A DNA stretch of 64,000 bases from an uncultured Bacilli bacterium (lineage in GTDB: Bacteria > Bacillota_I > Bacilli_A > RF39 > UBA660), in assembly GCA_934096295.1 (NCBI GenBank), contig CAKOLL010000001.1, positions 180,229 through 244,228 on the forward strand, read 5' to 3'. The position numbers and the translations under genes were made by a program. Below, one piece after another: positions 48,029 through 57,618 of the stretch (positions are counted from its first letter, which is position 1; the number at the start of each line of letters is the position of its first letter). Below the pieces are notes generated by a model that worked only from the letters and a program-made list of their open reading frames with translations, was not told the DNA's origin and did not search any database.

Positions 48029-48625
48029 TCACTTTCTTTTTTCAAAATCTAAATCAGTTACACTATATCCAAGTTCTTTTAATTTATTATATATTATACT
48101 AGGAGAAATACCTAATAAAGTATTATAATCACCTTCAATTTTATCTATAAACAGAGATGCTTTACCTAATGGTACAAATCCACAACATTTAAAAATTTTT
48201 TCTTCATTATTTACATACCATTCTATTTCTTCTTCTTTTATTTCATTAAAATACACATCTGCTTTAGAACTTGAACATATAATTTTTTCTTTATATAAAT
48301 CAATTAATGTTATTCCCGTATATGCTGTACATTTATTATTTGACAATTCTTTTAAATTTAAATATGCTTCTTCTTTACTTTTTGGTTTCTCATATATTTT
48401 ATTATTACAATATATAATGGTATCTGCAGAAATAATTATCGCTTTGCTATCAATTTGTTTCTTAACAGATTTAGCTTTATTTAACGAAAGCTCTTCAACA
48501 TATTTATTAGGACTAGTTTTATTACTTTCTTCAGGTTCATTGCTAGTAATAACATCATATTTTAGTCCTATCATATTAAAAATATCTTGTCTTTGTTTTG
48601 AAGACGAAGCTAATATTATTCTCAT
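48029..48625 (-). CDS. maf: Maf-like nucleoside triphosphate pyrophosphatase / septum formation protein
   Basis: 198 aa with the MRIILASSSKQRQDIF N-terminus typical of Maf. Confidence 0.85.
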   Translation of the reverse strand: MRIILASSSKQRQDIFNMIGLKYDVITSNEPEESNKTSPNKYVEELSLNKAKSVKKQIDSKAIIISADTIIYCNNKIYEKPKSKEEAYLNLKELSNNKCTAYTGITLIDLYKEKIICSSSKADVYFNEIKEEEIEWYVNNEEKIFKCCGFVPLGKASLFIDKIEGDYNTLLGISPSIIYNKLKELGYSVTDLDFEKRK

Positions 48626-48730
48626 TTTATACCACCTTTACTTTATTCCTTCAAGTTTCTTATTTTCTTTATTTTCTAATTGTTTCTTTTCTCTTTCTAA
48701 TTCTTTTAAGCTCTTTTTAGATGTTGGCAT

Positions 48731-49026
48731 TTATTCAGGCATCATTCCACCAATATCTGCAATTGCCTTTCTAACTTTTTTTCCTTCACCAGTTCTTATT
48801 GGCTTGTTGATTTCAACACCCCAATCTTCTTCGATTGAAACTCTATTATTTGCAGCTAAAACTGCTTTAGCTATTACTTTTTTGAAAATTTCTCCAATCT
48901 TTGTATTCTAAAACTTTAAAAAGTTCTCTAGCGAACCAATACTCGTTTTTATATTCATCAAAATGTTTTATATTCTCAAAAATATTATTTGTGTATTCTG
49001 TTTCAATTATATCCATTATTACCTCC
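48731..49026 (-). pseudogene. DinD / Bro-N-like small gene with a +1 frameshift in an A6 tract
   Basis: Frame A gives MDIIETEYTNNIFENIKHFDEYKNEYWFARELFKVLEYKDWRNFQKSNS*. Frame B continues ...KKVIAKAVLAANNRVSIEEDWGVEINKPIRTGEGKKVRKAIADIGGMMPE*. The frames join at the T6/A6 homopolymer (48878-48883). Strong RBS GGAGG before the ATG. No ORF-track entry exists because of the frameshift. Confidence 0.4.
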
Positions 49027-49056
49027 ATTTCTGTCACTCGTATTTCTTGTAATTTT

Positions 49057-49545
49057 TTATTTAATTAATCCACCATTACATTTTAATTCATATATTTTTT
49101 TATTATTTTTGTATATAGTTTCAATTCCACTAAAACAGTTAATATCCCCGATTACTTCAAATGAATATTTATATTCACCATTTATCAATTCTTTTGGGCC
49201 TCTTACGGGAATTATATCTTTATCTTTTCCGACATTCATTAATGCCGGACGTAATGCTTTATCCATTGCTTCTTCTCCTAGAGTTTCATCTAGAGTTACA
49301 CCATAATAATTCATAGCCCAATAAGTTTTTCCATCTACATAAACTACCTCTTCTCCGATAAAATTAGTACCCCCAAAATATGTATCATGATATAGCATTT
49401 TATCTTTTTTATATTCATAATCCTTAGAATTTTGCCTTGTATTTGATACTTTTTCTACATTTTCATTTGCATATGTTTGTTTTTTTGCTTCAATTAAGAA
49501 TTCTTCTAAATTAATCATTTTTTTACCTTCTTTCTTTTTTACCAT
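49057..49545 (-). CDS. Hypothetical protein
   Basis: 162 aa soluble protein. Family not recognised. Confidence 0.45.
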   Translation of the reverse strand: MVKKKEGKKMINLEEFLIEAKKQTYANENVEKVSNTRQNSKDYEYKKDKMLYHDTYFGGTNFIGEEVVYVDGKTYWAMNYYGVTLDETLGEEAMDKALRPALMNVGKDKDIIPVRGPKELINGEYKYSFEVIGDINCFSGIETIYKNNKKIYELKCNGGLIK

Positions 49546-49846
49546 TCTTTATGATAATATTTACAATTAAAATTTTCTTCTTTTTACAAAAATTTATTAT
49601 ACCATTTATTTATATTATCTCATAGTTTTTTTATTTAATTTTATCTTTTCTTTACATTATTATTTATTATCTATTAATTATTTAACTAATTTTTTGGTAT
49701 TAATTTAATTTCTTGTTAGACAATAATTTTTCAATGTAATTATCATAACATGTGTTCGGCTACTAATCAAGACGTAATTTGTATTTTTTACAAATTTTTT
49801 TTAGAAACAACAACATGAAATTAAAACTAAAAAAATTCCCAAATAT

Positions 49847-52800
49847 TTATTGAGAATTTTTTACTCTATGCAATGTGGAATCATAATGTATAGATTCTTT
49901 TGAATTAGTAAATGTTTTATTATAAGCGTTAATAACAGTTTTTATAAAAGTCATACCAGTATCAACTTTTAAAGATACTTCTTCTTCACTTATTCTTAAG
50001 AATTTTGCTATTTGTTTAATAGAATATTTTTCATTAAATATTCCTAGAAATAAATATAATATCAGTTTATAATCTTCTGGCATAAAATCTATTATGACTT
50101 TATAATATTTTTTTAAGTTTTCTGCATCGTTATTAAGGTTCGTTGTTTCTTCTTTTGAGGTTCTGCTTTTTATTTTTTCTTTTAAATTATTTATTTTAAT
50201 TCGAAGAATATTTTTTTCATTTTTGGTAAGATAAGAAGTATCATAAGTTTTAGTAAAATCACTACCAAAAACTTTAACAAATAATGAATATATTTTAGTA
50301 TTTTTACGTTCACTATTAAATATATTTAAAACTTCTTCATAAGTTATACCCAAAATAATATTAAGTGTCTTGCCATCATTTCTGCTTTTTCTGTTTCTTG
50401 TTATATTTTGTCTACTTTTATTGTTTATTCTATTTTTTATTTTTTCTAAGGTTTTAGCTAATACCGCTAAAGAAACATTATTTATAAACTTTAAATCGAG
50501 ATTTTCTCCGAAAGCCTTAGTAAGCACTTCCAAATTTGTAGGGGTTGCTACCAATTTTATATCGCTTAGGCTTTCATTAATTAATTCTTCTAGAGTTTTA
50601 CCTTTATAAATATTATCCTCTTGAGCTATTTTACTTAATATATCAAGCCTTCTTAATAAAAGGGCATAATCGTTTTCAGAGAATTTACTTTTATCAAGGA
50701 ACTCATTTAAATCATTACCAAAAGCTTTATAAAGATCTTCATTTTTATCTAAGGCATTCATAAATCTTTCTGTGTCTTCATATGATAGTCCCAATATTTC
50801 ATTTAATTTTTTAGAATTGAATATATCAGTTTCTTGTTGTTTTTTATCCATAAGTTTACTTATTTTGCTTACTACTTTGCTTTTTTTATCTATTCTTTTT
50901 TTTATTTTTTCTAAGGTTTTAGCTAATATTGCTAAAGAAACATTATTTATAAACTTTAAATCGAGGTTTTCTCCGAAAGCCTTGGTAAGTACTTCCAAAT
51001 TTGTAGGGGTTGCTACCATTTTTATATCGCTTAGGCTTTCATTAATTATCTCTTCTAGAGTTTTACCTTTATAAATATTATCTTCTTTGGCTATTTTACT
51101 TAACATACCAAGTCTTCTTAATAAAACGGCATAATCTTTTTCAGAGAATTTACTTTTATCAAGGAACTCATTTAATTCATTGCCAAAAGCTTTATAAAGC
51201 TCTTCATTTTTATCTAAAGCATTTACAAATCTTATTGTGTCTTCATAGGATAATCTCAACATTTCATTTAATTTTTTAGGACTGAATGTATCTGCTCCTT
51301 GTTCTTTTTTACTCATAAGTTTACTTATCTTGCTTACTACTTTGCTTTTTTCATAATAACTTAAATTATCTAAATTACAAATTCCTTTTCCATCTGGGCC
51401 AAAAGCTTTTATAAATATATTTGATATTGTGTTGTCTTTTCTTGTTAATTCTTTCCATAGTAAATCTATATTATCTAAAGCAAATATTTCATTTAAAGTT
51501 TTGCCACTATACTCTTTACCATAACTTTTGTAATCATTATTAATTATGTTTTTTACTGCTTGTTTTAGATATGTTGCCTCTTTAGAATTCAAATTATCTT
51601 TATAAACTTCATCTAAATTTGGACCAAATGCTTTGTAAAATAAAGTTCTAATATAAGTTGAAACTTTTGCACAATAATCAAAATCATTAACCTTTTCTTT
51701 TCCAATTAAATCTATTAAGGTTTTACCATTTAAAATGATTCTTTCATTTTTTTCACTTTGAATGCTTTTTGTGTTATTTTTCAAGAAATTTTGCATTTTT
51801 CCTAAAGCTTTTTCTTCAATTTGTCTTACTCGTTCTCTAGTCATTTTGTACATTTTGCCAATTTCTTCAAGAGTATAATCTTCTCCATATCTTTTGGTAA
51901 TTATGTCTTTTTCTCGTTCAGTTAAACATTCTAAAAATGTTAATACCGCTGTTTTATTTACAATGGCTTCTTCTAAATTAATTTTATCTGGTACAAAATT
52001 ATAACGATTTGTTTCTGTATCATCTTTTACCTCGGCATCTAAAGATGTTAAAAAGCCAATATTATTTACTAGTTCTTCAATATTAGCACAATCTTCATTC
52101 ATTTCATCTGCTATTTCTTTAATTGATACTTCTCTTCCTAAAGTATTAGTTAATTTTTCCTCAACTTTCATAACTTTTCGGTATTTTTCTTGAACACGGA
52201 CGGGAATTCTTATATTTCTTTCTTTGTTATGAATGCTACGCGTAATCAAAGATTTAATCCAGTAATATGCATAACTTGAAAATGAGGAACCATAACTAAA
52301 ATCATAATAATCAATTGCTTTAGACATACCAAAGAATCCTTCATTAACTAAATCAAGTAATGTCATATCCGTAGATGCTATTTTTTTTGCAATATATACA
52401 ATTAAACGAATATTTCCCTCGATAATTAAATTACGGTATTTATCGCAAATATCTACTTTACCAAGTGATTTAGCTTCTTGATAAATTTTAATATATTTTA
52501 AAGTATCTTCTTTTGATAATATGGGTAAATCCGACATGTCTTTAAAAAACAAATCAACTGAATCTAAAGAATTTATATTTATTTCTTTATAATCAATTAT
52601 TTCTTCTTTAATTAAATTTTTTATTATTCCGTAACTCGTAAGGATATTTCCATTTAGTTCTCCGTACCTTCTAATAAGTTCTTCCTCTGTATATTTTTTA
52701 TTAGAAAAAAAGCTAGATAAATAACTATCTATAGTAGGATTTTCACATAATAATGCCATGAATTTAATACCATTTTCTATATTTTTATCTATTAAAATAT

Positions 52801-52906
52801 TGCTAAAATCTTGTAGGGATATAGTTTTATTATTTATTTTTTCCACTAAAACTTTTATAATTTCTTGCATAACAAACCTCCTGATGAATTTATTATAACA
52901 CGGCAA
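49847..52906 (-). CDS. Giant sigma-70 family protein, paralogue of the 801-aa one. A sigma-A-like core is followed by about 640 aa of C-terminal repeat modules and a terminal HTH.
   Basis: 1019 aa. N-terminal segment is paralogous to the 801-aa protein (IDSYLSSFFSNKKYTEEELIRRYGELNG... against IDNYFAQLLRGKNKYTEDEIYKRFGDING...). Region 2 is EGNIRLIVYIAKK...DLVNEGFFGMSKAIDYY...FSSYAYYWIKSLITRSI...RNIRIPV. Region 4 is TLEEIGKMYKMTRERVRQIEEKALGKM. Many [KY]AFG-x-[ND]L modules follow. Terminal KYSIKQIAKFLRISEEEVSLKVDTGMTF is HTH-like. Confidence 0.75.
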   Translation of the reverse strand: MPCYNKFIRRFVMQEIIKVLVEKINNKTISLQDFSNILIDKNIENGIKFMALLCENPTIDSYLSSFFSNKKYTEEELIRRYGELNGNILTSYGIIKNLIKEEIIDYKEININSLDSVDLFFKDMSDLPILSKEDTLKYIKIYQEAKSLGKVDICDKYRNLIIEGNIRLIVYIAKKIASTDMTLLDLVNEGFFGMSKAIDYYDFSYGSSFSSYAYYWIKSLITRSIHNKERNIRIPVRVQEKYRKVMKVEEKLTNTLGREVSIKEIADEMNEDCANIEELVNNIGFLTSLDAEVKDDTETNRYNFVPDKINLEEAIVNKTAVLTFLECLTEREKDIITKRYGEDYTLEEIGKMYKMTRERVRQIEEKALGKMQNFLKNNTKSIQSEKNERIILNGKTLIDLIGKEKVNDFDYCAKVSTYIRTLFYKAFGPNLDEVYKDNLNSKEATYLKQAVKNIINNDYKSYGKEYSGKTLNEIFALDNIDLLWKELTRKDNTISNIFIKAFGPDGKGICNLDNLSYYEKSKVVSKISKLMSKKEQGADTFSPKKLNEMLRLSYEDTIRFVNALDKNEELYKAFGNELNEFLDKSKFSEKDYAVLLRRLGMLSKIAKEDNIYKGKTLEEIINESLSDIKMVATPTNLEVLTKAFGENLDLKFINNVSLAILAKTLEKIKKRIDKKSKVVSKISKLMDKKQQETDIFNSKKLNEILGLSYEDTERFMNALDKNEDLYKAFGNDLNEFLDKSKFSENDYALLLRRLDILSKIAQEDNIYKGKTLEELINESLSDIKLVATPTNLEVLTKAFGENLDLKFINNVSLAVLAKTLEKIKNRINNKSRQNITRNRKSRNDGKTLNIILGITYEEVLNIFNSERKNTKIYSLFVKVFGSDFTKTYDTSYLTKNEKNILRIKINNLKEKIKSRTSKEETTNLNNDAENLKKYYKVIIDFMPEDYKLILYLFLGIFNEKYSIKQIAKFLRISEEEVSLKVDTGMTFIKTVINAYNKTFTNSKESIHYDSTLHRVKNSQ
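50390..51350. repeat. Near-perfect tandem duplication (2 copies of about 465 bp) inside the 1019-aa sigma gene
   Basis: Two protein repeats of about 155 aa (SKVVSKISKLM[SD]KK...YKAFGN[ED]LNEFLDKSKFSE...TKAFGENLDLKFINNVSLA[IV]LAKTLEKIK) with about 90% identity. Matching DNA strings, e.g. TTTTTCTAAGGTTTTAGCTAATA at about 50441 and about 50906. Antisense ORFs 50370-50609 and 50772-51074 are near-identical. Confidence 0.75.
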
Positions 52907-52924
52907 TATGTTTATTAAAAGTTT

Positions 52925-52947
52925 TTTTCAGATAAAAAGTTCTAGAA
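52925..52947 (-). promoter_or_regulatory. Candidate extended -10 promoter (TGTTATAAT) for the 1019-aa sigma gene, preceded by the GT2 terminator
   Basis: Minus strand reads ...TTGCCGTGTTATAATAAATTCATCAGGAGGTTTGTT-ATG. Upstream hairpin GTTCT...AGAAC plus T-run. Confidence 0.4.
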
Positions 52948-52954
52948 ACTAATT

Positions 52955-53890
52955 TCAAGAACCTTGGTTTAATCCGTAATTTTTTAAATTATCTATCTTT
53001 TTTATTATCTCAACATTTTGTAAAAAGTATTTTTTTACATATTTATTTTCTGGCCATAATGGAAAATTATCATTAATGTATTTTGTACATTTTTTTATAT
53101 CTTCACTATTAAAATTGGATGTTCTCATTAATCTGTTTGTAGTTCCAAATAGTACATGACTTATCGCTGCAAATTCAATTTTTTCTTTAAATTCATCAAA
53201 AATTTCTCTTTTTTTAGCAAAATCAATTATAGAATCCATCGCTATTAATGTATCAAGTTGATTTTGAGTATTAGATTGTAGGGATGAATCACTATGAACT
53301 ACATAAGTATATAAAGCTTCATCAACATATGAAACTGAATTATTTATCAATATGACTTTAAAAATAAATTCTAAGTCTTCTGCAATTTTTAAGTTTGAAA
53401 AAGAAATATTGTTATCTACAATTACTGATTTATTAAATAGTCTAATATCGACGGATGGACTTTGTAACAAATCTAATTCTTCTTTTGTTCTTTGTGTATT
53501 ATTTCTAATCCCATTTACTTCTTTAAATCCTTTTAACATGCATGAAAAACTATTATCTTCATTAATATTACTATGTAAGACTTCAAGACAATTTTTTTCT
53601 ATGTAATCATCACTATCTAGAAAGTATAGGTATTTACCTTGGGATTTAGATATACCTAAATTTCTAGTATAACCGACTCCTTCATTTTTAGTATTTTTGT
53701 AATATTTAATTCTTTTATCTAACTCTTTATATTTTAAAATAATACTTTCAACATTATCTATAGAATAATCATTTATAATTATTATTTCTATGTTATTATA
53801 AGTTTGCTCTATAACCGACTTTATGCATCTTTCAAAATAATTTTCATTATTATATACAGGTATTATTACACTAATTAAATCTTTTTCCAT
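52955..53890 (-). CDS. Family 2 glycosyltransferase
   Basis: 311 aa. ISVIIPVYNNENYFERCIKSVIEQTY...IIINDYSID is the GT-A N-terminal signature. DSDD motif. Confidence 0.8.
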   Translation of the reverse strand: MEKDLISVIIPVYNNENYFERCIKSVIEQTYNNIEIIIINDYSIDNVESIILKYKELDKRIKYYKNTKNEGVGYTRNLGISKSQGKYLYFLDSDDYIEKNCLEVLHSNINEDNSFSCMLKGFKEVNGIRNNTQRTKEELDLLQSPSVDIRLFNKSVIVDNNISFSNLKIAEDLEFIFKVILINNSVSYVDEALYTYVVHSDSSLQSNTQNQLDTLIAMDSIIDFAKKREIFDEFKEKIEFAAISHVLFGTTNRLMRTSNFNSEDIKKCTKYINDNFPLWPENKYVKKYFLQNVEIIKKIDNLKNYGLNQGS

Positions 53891-53904
53891 ATACCCTCCT
53901 TAAA

Positions 53905-54330
53905 CTAATTAAAAATTTTTAAGAATTCTTCTAGATCATTTTGATTATTAAATATTTCTTCAAAAATATTGTATAAAGAGTCTGTTGCATCAAATTCTCC
54001 GATAGCATAACATTTTTTGTTCATTCCATATGCTACACCAGCTTCTATGTGGCCTGACTTTCCAGCAGGTAGAACAAGTAAGAAATTTTCAGAATTTTTT
54101 TCTGCTTCCATATCGCTTTTAAAAACATTTAAAACTGTTTTACTTTTTAAGCCTAAACTTTCAAACTCTTGTTGTTTATCTAAAGCGTTCATATTTGTTC
54201 CATATGAGCTATAAGAATCTTCCTTTAAGAAACAATAATATGTAATTTTATACTTATCAAACAAATCACAAATCTTTAATATATTATCTTTATTTCTAGC
54301 TCTACCCGCAATAAAAAATTTATATTTCAT
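53905..54330 (-). CDS. Nucleoside 2-deoxyribosyltransferase-like small protein
   Basis: 141 aa. KFFIAGRAR (the Rossmann-like start of NDT proteins) and the C-terminal LLVLPAGKSGHIEAGVAYGMNK, which resembles the catalytic E-x-G-x-A-x-G-K region. Confidence 0.45.
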   Translation of the reverse strand: MKYKFFIAGRARNKDNILKICDLFDKYKITYYCFLKEDSYSSYGTNMNALDKQQEFESLGLKSKTVLNVFKSDMEAEKNSENFLLVLPAGKSGHIEAGVAYGMNKKCYAIGEFDATDSLYNIFEEIFNNQNDLEEFLKIFN

Positions 54331-55156
54331 CTATATTGATACCTCTTTCTTTGAAACTATTATTAATCTTTTCCATATCTCGATATTTACCCGTAGTTAT
54401 TTCTGTTTTGTAATCATCAAACTCAATGTTATCTATATTACTTTTTATTTCTTTATCATTATCATATGGTATACTTACAAGTTCAAAAGAAATTGGATTT
54501 TTTTCATTCATGGAGTTTAGGTTACCATTTATAATTAAATAATTTGCTAATGTCGTAAAGTTATTATTACCATCTTTTTCATCATTTCTAATAACATCAA
54601 TAGCATTTCCTACTGAACCGGTATTTATAATTGTTCTATTATATATTCTTTGTAAGTATGCTGTATGAATATGACCATAAACTACTACATCTGCTTTATT
54701 TTGAGATTCAGTATTTTGACTAGGTAAAAATAAAGAATATGATTTTTCAATTTTATCTATATTACCTACGAAACCATTTATTTTTTCTGGAGTAGCATGA
54801 AAAAATCTTACTAGTCTTCCACTTATATACATTTCATGAGAAAATGGTAGATTCGATAAATAATTTCTGTCTTCATCTGTAATTTTACCTTTATTCCAAA
54901 TAATTCTTTTTTGTTCTGTTTCATTAAATTTATTAATGTCTACATCTAATGAAAAAAACTCATCACAGTTTCCTCGTAAAACCATTTGACAATTTTCTTT
55001 AATTAATTCTAAACATTCTTTTTGATTAGAACCTTTGGCAATTATATCTCCGAGACAAATTATTTTTTCTATGTTTCTTTTTTTGATATCTTCTAAAACA
55101 CTTTTTAAGGCTTCTAGATTACCATGGATATCTGATATTACTGCAATACTTGACAT
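54320..55156 (-). CDS. Calcineurin-like metallophosphoesterase
   Basis: 278 aa. IAVISDIHGN...LGDIIAKG (GDxHG/GDxxDRG motifs), GHIH. Confidence 0.75.
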   Translation of the reverse strand: MSSIAVISDIHGNLEALKSVLEDIKKRNIEKIICLGDIIAKGSNQKECLELIKENCQMVLRGNCDEFFSLDVDINKFNETEQKRIIWNKGKITDEDRNYLSNLPFSHEMYISGRLVRFFHATPEKINGFVGNIDKIEKSYSLFLPSQNTESQNKADVVVYGHIHTAYLQRIYNRTIINTGSVGNAIDVIRNDEKDGNNNFTTLANYLIINGNLNSMNEKNPISFELVSIPYDNDKEIKSNIDNIEFDDYKTEITTGKYRDMEKINNSFKERGINIDEI

Positions 55157-55208
55157 ATTATTACCTCACTTATATTAAGTATAACATGTTATTACGATTA
55201 ATAAAAGA

Positions 55209-57044
55209 TTATTTTTTTCTTATTAAACTAGCTTCTTTAGGACAACCATCGTAAAAACTATCTCTTTGAGAATCCTTAACACAATATTCTAAATTATGAT
55301 AATTCCTTTCTAATAAAGTTTTAATTTGTTCACGTTCTAATAATGGAGCGTATAATTTCCTTAATGAAGTATTTTCTTCTAGAAAACTTTTCATGACTAT
55401 TTTTAATCTAGGAAAACAGGCTATAGAGATTTTGTTATTTTTTAGCAAAAATCCATATTTAGCTAACTCTAGACTTGGCAATATTATTTCTGGTAATTCT
55501 TCGTTTTTCAACAAGAAATAATCTCCGACTTCTGCTAAAGATGGAGCATATAAAATTCTACATTTTTCATTATCAGAAAGAAAACTATGTCCTACTTTTT
55601 CTAATTTAGGTAAATAAACCTCTTGTGCTTGGCATACTTTTAGAGAAAAATGTCCTACTGTTTTTAAGGATGGAAAAAACAATTTATTTATTGACTCATT
55701 TAATTCTAAAAACTCAGAACCAACTATTTCTAGTTTAGGCATATTTACCCTTTTTAGAATAACGTTATTAGTCATAAAACAATCGCCAATTTCAACTATA
55801 TTTGGTAAATCAATTTCTTTTAGTCCAAAGTTTTTATATAAAAAATATGAACCTATACTTTGACAATTATTAATTGATAAAATTTCAAGAAATGTTGCAT
55901 TTTTTAAAACGTAATCTCCGATAACTTTTGTAGATGGTGATCTAAATTCAATTATTTCTAAATCTTTTGTTGATAAAAATCCTTTGGGGAGTTCATTTAC
56001 ATTTTCTAAAAACATTTTTTTGATTCTATTAAAATGGTTTACAATTAATTTTGCATATTTGCCATCAGCATTAAAGATTTCAACAATTTTATTTTCTTTA
56101 TCTTTTGTAATTGTAATTTTTTCAATATGATTAAAAACTCTAGGAAATGTTTCTATATAAACCTCATAATCGTTAATATATTCAATATATGATGCATAAG
56201 TATCTATGTATTTTGATTCTAATTCTATTATGAAATTATCAATTACTAAATATTTATTTTTATCAAAATGTTCTACCTTAAAATTTTTAATTATAATATT
56301 ATCTGGGCAATAATAAGTATTATTTCTTTCAAAATTGTATTTATAGTATTTCCCATCATTAGCTAACACATAATTTTCAAGTTCAAATTTAGAAGATTGA
56401 TGATTTTGTTTTAATCCATACGTTTTTTCAAAACTTTCAGTTAAACCTTCAACTATTCTATCTAAATCATTTCCAAAGGTTGCATCGGGATTGTCTACAC
56501 TATGATTATATCGGTTCTTTATTGATAATATATGTGATTTATCTTTAGTAAACTGAATACTTATTACAGATGTACCATAAGCATCTTCACGTTTTGGATT
56601 TTTATAGTCTTCTCTTTTTATTTCAGCAACATTATCTTTAACTGCAAAAAACACTCTGCACTCGGATAATCTTTCTTGCCTAAATGTACATAGTTTTTCA
56701 CCTTTAGCATAATACTTTTTAAAAGCCTGTACTTCTTCTTCTGTATGACACTCTACTAAAGTATACCCAACTGATTTCATCAACTCCTCTGGAGTTTTAT
56801 TACATTTATTTTGTTTTATATCCAAATTTTTTGAAACATATATAAATTCAATAAATTGTGACTGTTTATGATTTTTCTTTATATCATTTAATAAATTATG
56901 ATTTTCGTGAAATTTACTTAACAATCTACTTGATAAAAATCCGGGTGTTTCTAAAAGCGATGCAAAATTAGCTCTACAAAAGTGCATCATATCTTCCCCA
57001 AATTTCTTTTTTATTATTTTTAAATCATCCATCTTTACCCCCAA
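55209..57044 (-). CDS. Cytoplasmic protein with an unknown N-terminal 330-aa domain and C-terminal BspA-type leucine-rich repeats (LRR_5)
   Basis: 611 aa. No signal peptide. C-terminal half has about 8 reiterated units of about 23 aa ending in [IV]G-x-x-F[LS], e.g. IVEIGDCFMTNN, LEIVGSEFLELN, LKTVGHFSLKVC, LEKVGHSFLSDN, LAEVGDYFLLKN. Confidence 0.6.
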   Translation of the reverse strand: MGVKMDDLKIIKKKFGEDMMHFCRANFASLLETPGFLSSRLLSKFHENHNLLNDIKKNHKQSQFIEFIYVSKNLDIKQNKCNKTPEELMKSVGYTLVECHTEEEVQAFKKYYAKGEKLCTFRQERLSECRVFFAVKDNVAEIKREDYKNPKREDAYGTSVISIQFTKDKSHILSIKNRYNHSVDNPDATFGNDLDRIVEGLTESFEKTYGLKQNHQSSKFELENYVLANDGKYYKYNFERNNTYYCPDNIIIKNFKVEHFDKNKYLVIDNFIIELESKYIDTYASYIEYINDYEVYIETFPRVFNHIEKITITKDKENKIVEIFNADGKYAKLIVNHFNRIKKMFLENVNELPKGFLSTKDLEIIEFRSPSTKVIGDYVLKNATFLEILSINNCQSIGSYFLYKNFGLKEIDLPNIVEIGDCFMTNNVILKRVNMPKLEIVGSEFLELNESINKLFFPSLKTVGHFSLKVCQAQEVYLPKLEKVGHSFLSDNEKCRILYAPSLAEVGDYFLLKNEELPEIILPSLELAKYGFLLKNNKISIACFPRLKIVMKSFLEENTSLRKLYAPLLEREQIKTLLERNYHNLEYCVKDSQRDSFYDGCPKEASLIRKK

Positions 57045-57091
57045 AAAGCAAATTTATTATATCTTAAATTTATTAGTAAGTAAATGAAATA

Positions 57092-57616
57092 TTATTTCAA
57101 ATCATAAATTTTCATTTCACAATTTTTTAATCCTCGATTTAAAAACTTACCATTTTTTATGCCTTCAAAATAGGCACTAAACGCTTTAGAAACACCACTA
57201 TGAGCTACTATTAAAACATTTTTATAGTTTTTTTCTTTTAAATTATTCAAAAATGTGAATATTCGAGAAAAAAATTCTTTTATATTTTCACTCGTTCCAT
57301 ATTGGATAGTAGTATAATAATTCCAATATTCTTCCCTATCTGTACTTTCTAAAGGCTGTTCATTTAAACTGCCACAATCTCTTTCTTTTAATAATTTATC
57401 AACTACAATATCTTTATTATTTGTTATAATTTTTGCAGTGTGTTTTGCTCTTTGATATGGAGATGAGAAAATTACATCAAATTCTATATCTTTTATACTT
57501 TCTTTAAGTGCTTCAGCTTCTTTTATACCATTTAGAGTTAAATCTTCATCAACTGAACTATATTTTTTCATTACATTATGAGGTACTTCACCATGTCTTA
57601 CTAAATAAACTTTCAT
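57092..57616 (-). CDS. Histidine phosphatase family protein (phosphoglycerate-mutase-like)
   Basis: 174 aa. VYLVRHGEV, the RHG catalytic motif, and a later H in AHSGV. Confidence 0.8.
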   Translation of the reverse strand: MKVYLVRHGEVPHNVMKKYSSVDEDLTLNGIKEAEALKESIKDIEFDVIFSSPYQRAKHTAKIITNNKDIVVDKLLKERDCGSLNEQPLESTDREEYWNYYTTIQYGTSENIKEFFSRIFTFLNNLKEKNYKNVLIVAHSGVSKAFSAYFEGIKNGKFLNRGLKNCEMKIYDLK

Positions 57617-57618
57617 TT

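Noticed and set aside
47913-48128. 71-aa plus-strand ORF between RhuM and maf
   Set aside because: Overlaps the rbgA 5'-end remnant on the opposite strand. No RBS. Judged spurious.
48417-48911. 164-aa plus-strand ORF spanning the maf end and the DinD-like region
   Set aside because: Antisense to two minus-strand coding regions with good homology. Low-complexity Leu/Ser/Phe composition and no RBS.
50370-51074. Two near-identical plus-strand ORFs (79 and 100 aa)
   Set aside because: Antisense shadows of the tandem repeat inside the 1019-aa sigma gene. They are useful only as evidence of the DNA duplication.
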